Part shown: positions 1 through 10,249 of the stretch, one piece after another
Layout of the letters: the number at the start of each line of letters is the position of its first letter
Position numbering within the stretch: the first letter of the stretch is position 1
Origin: Anaerolineales bacterium
GTDB taxonomy: Bacteria > Chloroflexota > Anaerolineae > Anaerolineales > UBA6663
DNA length: 64,000 nucleotides
NCBI GenBank assembly: GCA_020850595.1
Contig: JADZEK010000023.1
Span: forward strand, 6,222 to 70,221
Direction: 5' to 3'
Notes under the pieces: model-generated
What the model saw: the letters and a program-made list of their open reading frames with translations, nothing else
Databases searched by the model: none
Told to the model about the DNA's origin: nothing
Made by a program: the position numbers and the translations under genes

Positions 1-1237
1 CGGGGAAGGGGGCCGCCACGCTGGCGGGGATTTCCGGCGCGCTGACGCTGGGCACCCGCGGCTCGGGTTGGCCCAGGCGGGCGGCCGCCGCCGCGCACAA
101 GCGGCCCGCGGGCGAGTCGGGCGCGAAGCGATCCCACTCGTGGCCGGGCGGCACGCCCCACTGGGCTTGCAGCGCTTCCACCTGCTCGGTGCTCAGCAGC
201 ATGGCGTGGTTAAGCGGGTGCCCGGCGAAGGGCAGCCGCCAGCCCTTGATGGTGTAGGCGAAGAGCACGGTCGGCCGCTCGGGGTGCTGATCGAACTCGT
301 GGAGCGCGGCTTGCAACTCCTCCAGGTCGTGGCCGCCCAGGTCGGCGATGACGCTCGGCAGTTCGGCGTCGGAGACCTCGGCCAGCGCCTTCTGAATGTT
401 CTGGGCGTCCTTCTTCTTCTCGACCTGCAGCAGTTGTTCGCGCAGCTCGGCCCCCGGCAGGCGGATGAGGGCCTGGTATTGCTCGTTCGACATGTCGTCA
501 ATGCGGCGGCGCAGGGCCTCGCCGCCCGGGCGGGCAAAAGCCGCCTGCAAGCGCCGGCCGTACTTCACCTCCAGCACGCGCCAGCCGATCTCAGAGAAGA
601 GTTTGCGCAAACGGCTGACGCGGATGCCGGGCACCACGCGGTCGAGGCTCTGGCGGTTGAGGTCCACGATCCACAACACGTTGCTCAGGCCGGAGAGCGA
701 CTCGTCGAGCAGCGCTTCCCAGACGTTGCCCTCGTCTAGCTCAGCGTCGCCCACCAGGGCGATGAAGCGGCGCGGCTGCGCGCCGGGGGCGCGGCGCGAG
801 AGCAGGTAGTCGTTGGTGAGGGCGGCGAAGGCTGGGGCCACCGCGCCAAAGCCGACCGAGCCGGTGGAGAAATCTACCGGGTCGTGATCTTTGGTGCGGC
901 TGGGGTAGGCTTGCAGGCCGCCGAACTCGCGCAACTGCGTGAGGATCTCTTTATCCGGCAGGCGGCCGAGCAGGTATTGAATGGCGTGAAAGGCGGGCGA
1001 GGCGTGCGGCTTGATGGAGATGCGGTCGCCGGCCTTGAGGAAGCCGAAGTAGAGCGCGGTGAGGATGGAGGCGACCGAGGCCGAAGAGGCCTGGTGGCCG
1101 CCGACCTTCACTCCGTCGGGGTTGGGGCGCACGTGGTTGGCGTGGTGGACGATGAGGGTCGAGAGCCACAAGATGCGCTGCTCGATCTCGACGAGGGCGG
1201 CCATATCGGAGGGCATGGGATTGGGGTGAGTTTCCAT
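1..1237 (-). CDS. aceE: pyruvate dehydrogenase E1 component-like (homodimeric TPP enzyme), N-terminal ~412 codons; 3' end lies beyond the window start
   Basis: Absent from the ORF track because it runs off the window edge. My reverse-strand translation from ATG 1237-1235 gives METHPNPMPSDMAALVEIEQRILWLSTLIVHHANHVRPNPDGVKVGGHQASS...FIALVGDAELDEGNVWEAL...LFAYTIKGW. This is colinear with the AceE TPP-binding region (GD-x-E-x-D-E-x-N type motif). Confidence 0.8.
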   Translation of the reverse strand, partial: METHPNPMPSDMAALVEIEQRILWLSTLIVHHANHVRPNPDGVKVGGHQASSASVASILTALYFGFLKAGDRISIKPHASPAFHAIQYLLGRLPDKEILTQLREFGGLQAYPSRTKDHDPVDFSTGSVGFGAVAPAFAALTNDYLLSRRAPGAQPRRFIALVGDAELDEGNVWEALLDESLSGLSNVLWIVDLNRQSLDRVVPGIRVSRLRKLFSEIGWRVLEVKYGRRLQAAFARPGGEALRRRIDDMSNEQYQALIRLPGAELREQLLQVEKKKDAQNIQKALAEVSDAELPSVIADLGGHDLEELQAALHEFDQHPERPTVLFAYTIKGWRLPFAGHPLNHAMLLSTEQVEALQAQWGVPPGHEWDRFAPDSPAGRLCAAAAARLGQPEPRVPSVSAPEIPASVAAPFP

Positions 1238-1377
1238 CGGGAATAGTGGGTTGCCAGACACCTGTGATTATAAACGCTTCTGGCCCGGCCTGGTGAGGCG
1301 CGGGCTGGGCTAGAAAAAAGGCCCGCTGATAGGCTCACCCCATCAGCGGGCCGCTGCGGCCACAGACCGAGGCGCGC

Positions 1378-2250
1378 CTAGTTGTCGAACGGGATGGGCG
1401 GCGCGCCGCCGCCGAAGGGCGCATCGGGCCGCTCGTAGTCGCCGGCCAGGGCGCGGCGCAGCGGCGTGGTGCGCGCCAGCCAGGCCGGGTCGCTGGCCTC
1501 GCGGTCGGAGCGGCGCAGCCACGGCGGGCTGTAGATAAAGTGCATGTTGTAGCGGTCGTAGTCGAGCCGGCTGGGCATGGGGGAGTGCCAGACACCGTTG
1601 TGGAACATGAGCACCGAGCCACGCTTGGCGCAAATGACGTGCTGGATGGGGCTGGCCCAGACCTGCTTGCGGACGTCTTTGGGCAGCGGCACCGGGCTGC
1701 GGTGGCTGCCGGGGATCATGACCATGTTCCCCATGTCCGGCGCCGACTGGTCGGTGAGGTTGAAGCTGACGCGCAGTTGCAGCAGCGGCAGCGGGTAGGC
1801 GACATCGCGGAACTCGTACATGCTGGAGCCGTCCTGGTGCCAGGAGCTGCGCTCGCCGTGGGCGGGCATGACGGTGCACCAGGCGGCCTGGAGCACAAAG
1901 CGGTCGCCGTAGAGGGCGCGCACCTTGGGCAGCACGGCCGGGTGATCCATCAGGCGCTCAATGGCCGGCTCGGTCTCGAAGCCGCGGCCGATCTGTTTGA
2001 ACTTCTCGGCCGGCTGGTTGCCGTGCAGGCGTTTGGCGGCGGCCAGCACCTCGTCGCACTCCGCCTCGCTGAGCAGGTCGGGGATCAGCAGGTAGCCCCA
2101 GGCCTCGAACATGAAGCGCTCCATCTCGGTCATGGGGCCGGGCTGCGCCAGCGGCGTGAGCTGCAGGTGCTGCGGGTTGGGCGCCGGGCCGGCCGGCTCT
2201 GGCGAGCCGGGCAGAATGGCTTCCATCATCGAACAACCTCCTTCTGGCAA
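1378..2250 (-). CDS. phytanoyl-CoA dioxygenase (PhyH) family Fe(II)/2-oxoglutarate oxygenase
   Basis: 290-aa ORF with a PhyH-like layout (WHQDG...MIPGSH...FHNGVWHS, i.e. an HxD...H facial triad). High GC3. The true start may be an internal Met. Confidence 0.8.
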   Translation of the reverse strand: MPEGGCSMMEAILPGSPEPAGPAPNPQHLQLTPLAQPGPMTEMERFMFEAWGYLLIPDLLSEAECDEVLAAAKRLHGNQPAEKFKQIGRGFETEPAIERLMDHPAVLPKVRALYGDRFVLQAAWCTVMPAHGERSSWHQDGSSMYEFRDVAYPLPLLQLRVSFNLTDQSAPDMGNMVMIPGSHRSPVPLPKDVRKQVWASPIQHVICAKRGSVLMFHNGVWHSPMPSRLDYDRYNMHFIYSPPWLRRSDREASDPAWLARTTPLRRALAGDYERPDAPFGGGAPPIPFDN

Positions 2251-2308
2251 TGGCAGCGATCGCGGCGATCGCGCGGATCAACACTGGCCGCGGTTGGATT
2301 CTAGCACC

Positions 2309-3031
2309 CTACTCCGGCGGCGGCTGGCGAAAGGAGGCCGACTTGGCGTGCGTGGCGGCGAGACGATAGCGCCACTCACGCGGAGTGAAGCCCGAGGCGC
2401 GCAGCCAGCCGAGGGCAGGGCTGGCAGCGCTGGGGGTCGCCCGGAAGGTGTCGGCGGCGGGCAAGAAGTCGTAGCGCTCGCCGGGGCCGGCCAGCCGCGC
2501 GTAGAAGTAATCGCCCAGGCCCTGAGGCGCGGCCACGCGGCGCGGCAGGTGGATCACGCCTTCCCAGGCCTCGTTGGTGGCGGCCACCGGGCGAACGGCC
2601 GACCCGGCCGCGGCCAGCAGCTCGCCCCCGGCTGGGTCGCGTACGGCCCAGCGGGCGGGCGGCGGGTTGGGCAGCTCGATGGCGGCCAGGTAGTAGGGGG
2701 TGCGGAAGAGCAGGCGCTCCATGAAGGCCAGCGCGCGGCGCGAGTTGAAGGCGTGGACGAGATAGACGCCGGCGGGCGTCTCGGGCGCGGCGGCCCGCGC
2801 CACGCTGAGGGCGATGATGCTCTCGTTGAAGCGCCGGCCCGCCCAGGTCAGGTCGGTGGCGCCCAAGGAGAGCGCGGCCGCGCCGTCTACGCGCAGCGGG
2901 GCCAGGCCCGTGCCCGCCAGGTGCGCCGCCCAGAAGCCATAGTCGGCCGTGCCGAGGAGGTTCAGCTCACGGACAGACTGGATGACGGTGGCGTATTTGA
3001 TCGGGCGGGCGGCGGCCCCGCGGCTAGACAT
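2309..3031 (-). CDS. hypothetical protein (240 aa), translationally coupled to the upstream PhyH gene
   Basis: The track ORF 2309..3346 overlaps the upstream gene. The internal ATG at 3031 overlaps the stop of 3024..3782 in the sequence ATGTCTAG (8-nt overlap). No family recognised with confidence. Confidence 0.6.
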   Translation of the reverse strand: MSSRGAAARPIKYATVIQSVRELNLLGTADYGFWAAHLAGTGLAPLRVDGAAALSLGATDLTWAGRRFNESIIALSVARAAAPETPAGVYLVHAFNSRRALAFMERLLFRTPYYLAAIELPNPPPARWAVRDPAGGELLAAAGSAVRPVAATNEAWEGVIHLPRRVAAPQGLGDYFYARLAGPGERYDFLPAADTFRATPSAASPALGWLRASGFTPREWRYRLAATHAKSASFRQPPPE

Positions 3032-3782
3032 CCAGGATGAAGCGCGCGGCGGGGCTGAGGCGCGCATAGGTTTCGGGCCGCAGGTAGGCTTTCTGGTCAA
3101 GCTGTTGCGGCTGATCGCGCCGCGTGAAGTAGGAGTGCAGGCCGCGGCGGGGCCGGTCGGTGCGGTTGAGCGTGCCGCCGTGCCAGGTGTGCGAGTTGAA
3201 GATGACGACCGTGCCGGCGGGCGCGGTGAGGATGACCTCGCTGGGGTGCGGCTGGGCCGGGTCGGGCATGACGTCTTTGGGCAGTTGGCCGCTGCGGTTG
3301 GAGCCGGGCACAACGCGGGTGGCGCCGTTGAAGGCGGTGAAGTCATCTAGCAGCCAAATAGAGTTGCAGACATAGTAATCGCCGGGCGCGACGGCCCCGC
3401 CCCAGTCGGCGTGCAGGCCTTGCAGGCCGGAACCGGGCAGCGCGGCGCGGTAGTTGAGGGACGAGAGCTTGAGGTCGCCGCGGAGCACGTGGCTGATGGC
3501 GGCCAGTACGCGCGGGTGGGTGAAGCAGACCTCGAAGACGGGGTCTTTGTTTACCAGGTCGCTCAGGCGGGTGGTGCCGGCCTCCTGGTGGACTTCCTTG
3601 CCGGCGTCGGCGCCTTCGAGGGCGGCCAGTTCGTCGGTGCGCCGGCCGAGGTAGGCGACCTGCTCGGCGCTGAGAATGTTGGGCAGGGGCAGATAGCCGT
3701 TCTGATCGAGGCAGGTCTTTTCGTCAGGGCTAAGCGTTTGGTCAGTGACGCCCAGGGCGGTGAGGGCAGCGCGCGCGTCCAT
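3024..3782 (-). CDS. phytanoyl-CoA dioxygenase (PhyH) family oxygenase
   Basis: 252-aa ORF with LHADWGG...VVPGSN...NSHTWHGG, a typical PhyH HxD...H arrangement. Confidence 0.85.
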   Translation of the reverse strand: MDARAALTALGVTDQTLSPDEKTCLDQNGYLPLPNILSAEQVAYLGRRTDELAALEGADAGKEVHQEAGTTRLSDLVNKDPVFEVCFTHPRVLAAISHVLRGDLKLSSLNYRAALPGSGLQGLHADWGGAVAPGDYYVCNSIWLLDDFTAFNGATRVVPGSNRSGQLPKDVMPDPAQPHPSEVILTAPAGTVVIFNSHTWHGGTLNRTDRPRRGLHSYFTRRDQPQQLDQKAYLRPETYARLSPAARFILDV

Positions 3783-3963
3783 GGTAAGAACTCCTGTGGC
3801 AGGCTACAAATAACCCCCTGCGGCCTGGCAAGGGGAGGGCCGAATTATAGGCCGTGGGGCCGGAGGGCTGCAAGCGCGAGGTTGGCAGGGAACGGCGCGG
3901 GCCGCTTGGGGGGAGGCCAACAAGCGGGCCGGCTTGCGCAGAGCGATTCGCGGCGGTCCGTTT

Positions 3964-4287
3964 TCAGTCGGTGTGGAAGATCTCTCGCATGTTGGCCCAC
4001 CACTCGCCTGCGGCGCGGGTGGGCAGCGGGCTTTGCAGCGGGTTGTTGATGGCCCACCAGGCTTGCGTCTGCGGGTCAGCGGCCATCTTCGCCATGTCGG
4101 CGGCGAAGTCGTCGCCGTGATACTCGAAGTAGGCAAAGAGCAGATTGTCTTTGACGAAGATGGTGTAGTTGCGAATGTGGCAGGCGGTGATCATCGCGAG
4201 CACGCTGGGCCAGACGGCAGCGTGCAGGCGGGTGTATTCGGGGATGTTCTCGGTGGCGATACCCAGCACTTGTCCAAAGCGGCGCAT
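3964..4287 (-). CDS. rhaM: L-rhamnose mutarotase (RhaM/YiiL family)
   Basis: MRRFGQVLGIATENIPEYTRLHAAVWPSVLAMITACHIRNYTIF...EYHGDDFAADMAKMAADPQTQAWW matches the RhaM signature. GGGAGG lies 7 nt upstream of ATG 4287. Confidence 0.85.
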   Translation of the reverse strand: MRRFGQVLGIATENIPEYTRLHAAVWPSVLAMITACHIRNYTIFVKDNLLFAYFEYHGDDFAADMAKMAADPQTQAWWAINNPLQSPLPTRAAGEWWANMREIFHTD

Positions 4288-4317
4288 GGTGAAACCTCCC
4301 AAGGGGATCGGGGCGGG

Positions 4318-5175
4318 TTAGGGGACGGGCGCGGCCAGCCGGTAAACGCGGGCGGCCGTGCCGCCGAAGACGGCCTCGCGTTCGGCTTCGGTGCGCGGGG
4401 CCAGCGCCTGCTGGAGCGCAGCGAGGGTCATGGCATAGTCGGCGGCCAGGGTGCACACCGGCCAATCGCTGCCGAACATGAGGCGGTCGGCGCCGAAGTG
4501 CTCCAGCGCGAAGTCCACGTAGGGCACCAGGTCGGCCACGGTCCACTGCTGGTGGTCGGCGCAGGTGACCAGGCCGGAAAGCTTGGCGTAGACGTTGGGG
4601 CAGCGCGCGGCGGCGGCCAGTTGGTCGGCCCAGGCGCCCAACTCGTGTGTCTTGATGGGCGGTGCGCCCAGGTGGTCAAGGATGATGGTCAGTTCGGGCA
4701 GGGCCTGGGCCACGGCGGGCACATGCTGAAGGTGGTGGGGATAGACGGCGCTGAAGTCGAAGCTCAGGCCAAACTCGGCCAGCAGGCGCAGGTTCTTGCG
4801 CACGGCCGAGCGCAGAATCCAGGCCGGGTCGTTTTCCAGGTGCAGCAGGTGGCGCACGCCGCGGAACTTGGGGTGATGGCGGAAGCGCGCCAGGGCCAGG
4901 CGCGCGCCGGCCGGGTCGTCGAGCGGGACCCAGCCCATCACGCCGCCGATCCAGGGGTAGTCTTCGGCCTGGGTCAGCATGGCGACGGTGTCTTCCAGCG
5001 AGTTCATGGCCTGCACCAGGAGGGTCAGGTCAATGCCGGCGGCGCGGCGCAGCGGGTCGAGGTGGCGCGGCTCGTAGTTGGCGTAGAGCGCGCCCTGGTC
5101 GGGCGTGAGCCAGGGATAGGCGACCTTGTTGAGGTTCCAGAAGTGCTGGTGAGCGTCAATGCGCAGGGCGGGCAA
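4318..5175 (-). CDS. amidohydrolase 2 family, L-fucono/rhamnono-lactonase-like
   Basis: RIDAHQHFWN...WPVC metal-dependent hydrolase motifs. The track ORF extends to 5235. AAGGAGG followed 4 nt later by TTG at 5175 gives the usual M-x-x-x-R-I-D-A-H-Q-H N-terminus. Confidence 0.8.
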   Translation of the reverse strand: MPALRIDAHQHFWNLNKVAYPWLTPDQGALYANYEPRHLDPLRRAAGIDLTLLVQAMNSLEDTVAMLTQAEDYPWIGGVMGWVPLDDPAGARLALARFRHHPKFRGVRHLLHLENDPAWILRSAVRKNLRLLAEFGLSFDFSAVYPHHLQHVPAVAQALPELTIILDHLGAPPIKTHELGAWADQLAAAARCPNVYAKLSGLVTCADHQQWTVADLVPYVDFALEHFGADRLMFGSDWPVCTLAADYAMTLAALQQALAPRTEAEREAVFGGTAARVYRLAAPVP

Positions 5176-5271
5176 GAGGCCTCCTTGGCTGTGGCCGGCA
5201 AAACCGCCCACAAGAGCAGGAGCACGGCAGCCCATGCTCCTGCTCTTGGTTTAGGCAGGCGGCCGCTCGGC

Positions 5272-7551
<2,280 letters not shown>

Positions 7552-7676
7552 TTACAAAAAGAATCGCCAGGTTGCAAGGAAAGGGGGCGGCGGGGTGGGT
7601 TAACGCCGCTGGCGCGGCCCGGCCGGTGGAAGGACCGTGCGATGGCTGGTGCTAATACAACGTCAGATGATAGTGA

Positions 7677-8444
7677 TCTTATCTTAACCGGTGGACGCAA
7701 CCCGACACGATCATACCAGAGCCTGGCAACCCCCAATCCCTAAATCGGTACACCTACTCGAACAATAACCCGATCCGTTTCATCGACCCGTCTGGGCATG
7801 ATGGAATTGATGCATTGTCCTATCTCTTTGGAATCGCGTACGGGTGGACACATGCAAATCTTCAAGCGCTTGGTCCGCTAGTAGCTCCACCCGCCATGCA
7901 GCAATTCGAGGCCTTGGCCATTGACTCCAACGCGTTTAACGCTGGTCGTGTAGTTGGAGGTATGGCGGCAATGGCACAAGGTGTGGGCGAAGTCGGTGGT
8001 GGCAGTACCATAGCAGGAGGAGGTGTCGCCGCATGTGCTACTGGCGTGCTCTGCCTCGCTGGCGCTCCTGCAATAGTAGAAGGGCTGGCCATCGCAGGTC
8101 ACGGGGCTGCGGTAGGAGTATACGGTGCAGCAGAAGCTGGCCAGGCGACGGCGATGCTGATGGCGGGAGGCCGTAACTCAAAGGGGCCGTTTAGGCAAAA
8201 CGGAGTTCGGACGACTGATCACTTTTGGGAGGCATTAGAAGACAAGGACATCACTGAGCAACAGGCTTGGAATGCGTACTCAAATGGTAGAACTTATACC
8301 AATCGATATGGACAGAAAGTCATGTACGATCCCAAGACTGGCGTAACCATAGTGATTAATGAGGATGGGGCCATCATCACAACCTGGACCCAAGAGGGTC
8401 CAGGGTCGGATTGGACGCCCGGTTATAATCCTGATGGAGATTAG
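7677..8444 (+). pseudogene. orphan (5'-truncated) RHS/YD-repeat toxin C-terminal cassette: RHS core end, Gly/Ala-rich pre-toxin segment, small C-terminal toxin domain
   Basis: The frame is open from 7677, just after a TGA. It reads SYLNRWTQPDTIIPEPGNPQSLNRYTYSNNNPIRFIDPSGH, the conserved end of RHS cores (NP-x4-DP-x-G). No RHS repeats lie upstream. The track calls only 7815..8444 (TTG start). G+C is lower than in the flanks. Confidence 0.7.
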
Positions 8445-8495
8445 AATGTTGTCGAACGAGGGCGGGTACGAAAGCAACGGCTTTTTGCATTGTGT

Positions 8496-8957
8496 ATGAA
8501 CCTTCCACAAGTAACACTACATGTTGCTACCAACCAGGGTCGCTTGTACTTATTTCCAGATCCTGAGGTAGCTGAAGACTTATTGGATCTGCGAGCTGTT
8601 CCGAAGCGGGCAGGCGCGTTTGGGTTCAACATTTCAGGCATTGTGCTATTCGCCATTGACCGAGACAGATTGCCAGTACATGTGGAGATCGTAGTTCCGC
8701 GAAGAGCGTGGATCCAAACATCGCTAGGTGCCAGGCCAACCGCAGATCAAGTTGCTGACATTAGGTTCACTGATGAAACCATTGAGAAGAAATACGTAGA
8801 AGCGCCTACAACTGTCTTCACGGACGCTGACTATTCTTGTGCTCAAGTGCTATTTGGCGATACTACGGAAGGTCAGACCTGGGTTAGTTTGTCAGAAAAA
8901 TGCCTTGCTCTGGTTAGTGGGGATTCGCTCATGGGCTTCTTTGTGGACTTTAAGTAA
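8496..8957 (+). CDS. hypothetical protein, candidate cognate immunity protein of the orphan RHS toxin
   Basis: 153-aa ORF 50 nt downstream of the toxin tip, on the same strand and in the same lower-G+C islet. No family recognised. Confidence 0.55.
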   Translation: MNLPQVTLHVATNQGRLYLFPDPEVAEDLLDLRAVPKRAGAFGFNISGIVLFAIDRDRLPVHVEIVVPRRAWIQTSLGARPTADQVADIRFTDETIEKKYVEAPTTVFTDADYSCAQVLFGDTTEGQTWVSLSEKCLALVSGDSLMGFFVDFK

Positions 8958-9020
8958 TGCTGCCAATGGTTGAAGGCTGAGTTTATCGCTTTGCAGACAG
9001 CGCAACGGTTGTGCCGCCTC

Positions 9021-9061
9021 ATAAAACAACAGCGGGCAGGGCCTCGTGGTAAGCCCTGCCC
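9021..9061 (-). terminator. intrinsic terminator of the aldo/keto reductase gene
   Basis: 9-bp GC stem (GGGCAGGGC 9034-9042 / GCCCTGCCC 9053-9061), followed on the minus strand by TGTTGTTTTAT. Confidence 0.6.
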
Positions 9062-9210
9062 GGTCGCGCTGTCGCCGTGCGGTGCTCGGGTCGCGCTTGA
9101 AAGCAGGTGGCGCGGAGTGGCATCCACCATTCTACTTTCCAGGAGGCCCGCTTCACCCGCCTGGCAAGTCACTCAAACTGGTTAAGATAAGTGATCCGCG
9201 CTGGCCCGCT

Positions 9211-10188
9211 TCACGCTTGCGGCGGGAAGGGCGGCGGCGGGTAAATGGCCTCGATGGCGGCGATAAGGCCGGGGTCGAGCTTCAGGTCGGCGGCGTGCAG
9301 GTTATCGTCGAGCTGGGACAGGGTGCGCACGCCCAGGATGACGCTGCTGACGGCGGCGGGCCGCATGGCCCAGGCCAGCGCCAGGCGGGCGGCGGTCGTG
9401 CCGTGGGCGGCGGCCAACTCGGCCAGTTGCCGCCCGCGGCGCTGGTTCTCCTCGGTCCAATACATGCGCAGCATGACGGCGTTCTGGTCGGGGTCGGCGG
9501 CGCGGGTGCCGGCCGGGGCGGGCGCGCCGGGGGCATATTTGCCGGTGAGCAGGCCGTGGGCCAGCGGCGAGAAGACCACGTTGCCCACGCCTTCCTGCCG
9601 AGTCACGGGGAAGGTCTCAAACTCCGGGTAGCGGTAGAGCAGGCTGTAGCGCGGCTGGTTGACGATGAGGGGCCGCAGGCGCAGCTCGCGGGCCAGCGCC
9701 TGGGCCTTGACGATGAGCCAGGCCGGCCACTCGCTGACGCCCCAGTAGAGGATGTCGCCGGCGCGGGCCAGGTCGTCCAGGGCGCGCAGGGTCTCCTCCA
9801 GCGGCGTCTGCGGGTCGGGCCGGTGGCACATATACACATCCACGTAGTCGAGGCCCAGCCGCTTGAGCGAGGCGCGGCACTGCTCGCGGATGTGCTTGGC
9901 CGACAGGCCGCGGTCGTTCGGCCCCGGCCCCATGGGCGCCCACACCTTGGTAATAAGCACATAGTCGCTGCGCGGGAACTCGGCCAGGCAGCGGCCGAGC
10001 ACCTCTTCCGCGCCGCCGCGGTTGTAGGCGTTGGCGGTGTCGAAGAAATTGACGCCGGCCTCGAAGGCGCGGCGCACGATGGCGCGTGATTCGGCCTCAT
10101 TCGTCTTCAGGCCCAGCGTGAGGTACGAGCCGACGCCCAACACGCTGACTTTGGGGCCCCATTGGCCGAGTTGGCGATATTCCATCAC
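9211..10188 (-). CDS. aldo/keto reductase
   Basis: MEYRQLG...GVNFFDTANAYNRGGAEEVLG...DYVDVYMCHRPD, a typical AKR (Kv-beta-like subgroup). Confidence 0.9.
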   Translation of the reverse strand: MMEYRQLGQWGPKVSVLGVGSYLTLGLKTNEAESRAIVRRAFEAGVNFFDTANAYNRGGAEEVLGRCLAEFPRSDYVLITKVWAPMGPGPNDRGLSAKHIREQCRASLKRLGLDYVDVYMCHRPDPQTPLEETLRALDDLARAGDILYWGVSEWPAWLIVKAQALARELRLRPLIVNQPRYSLLYRYPEFETFPVTRQEGVGNVVFSPLAHGLLTGKYAPGAPAPAGTRAADPDQNAVMLRMYWTEENQRRGRQLAELAAAHGTTAARLALAWAMRPAAVSSVILGVRTLSQLDDNLHAADLKLDPGLIAAIEAIYPPPPFPPQA

Positions 10189-10249
10189 ATGCCTCCTAAA
10201 GGCGAGCAGTAGATAAAGAGATTATAGCCAAGCGGCGCAAGCGCGGGCC

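Noticed and set aside
7664-7685. Fur/PerR-like hexamer repeats (GATGATAGTGATCTTATC) about 210 nt upstream of katG
   Set aside because: It matches the Fur consensus only loosely. It lies inside the lower-G+C DNA at the orphan RHS junction, so its AT-richness probably reflects foreign composition rather than a katG operator. It would need a PWM scan and regulator data.
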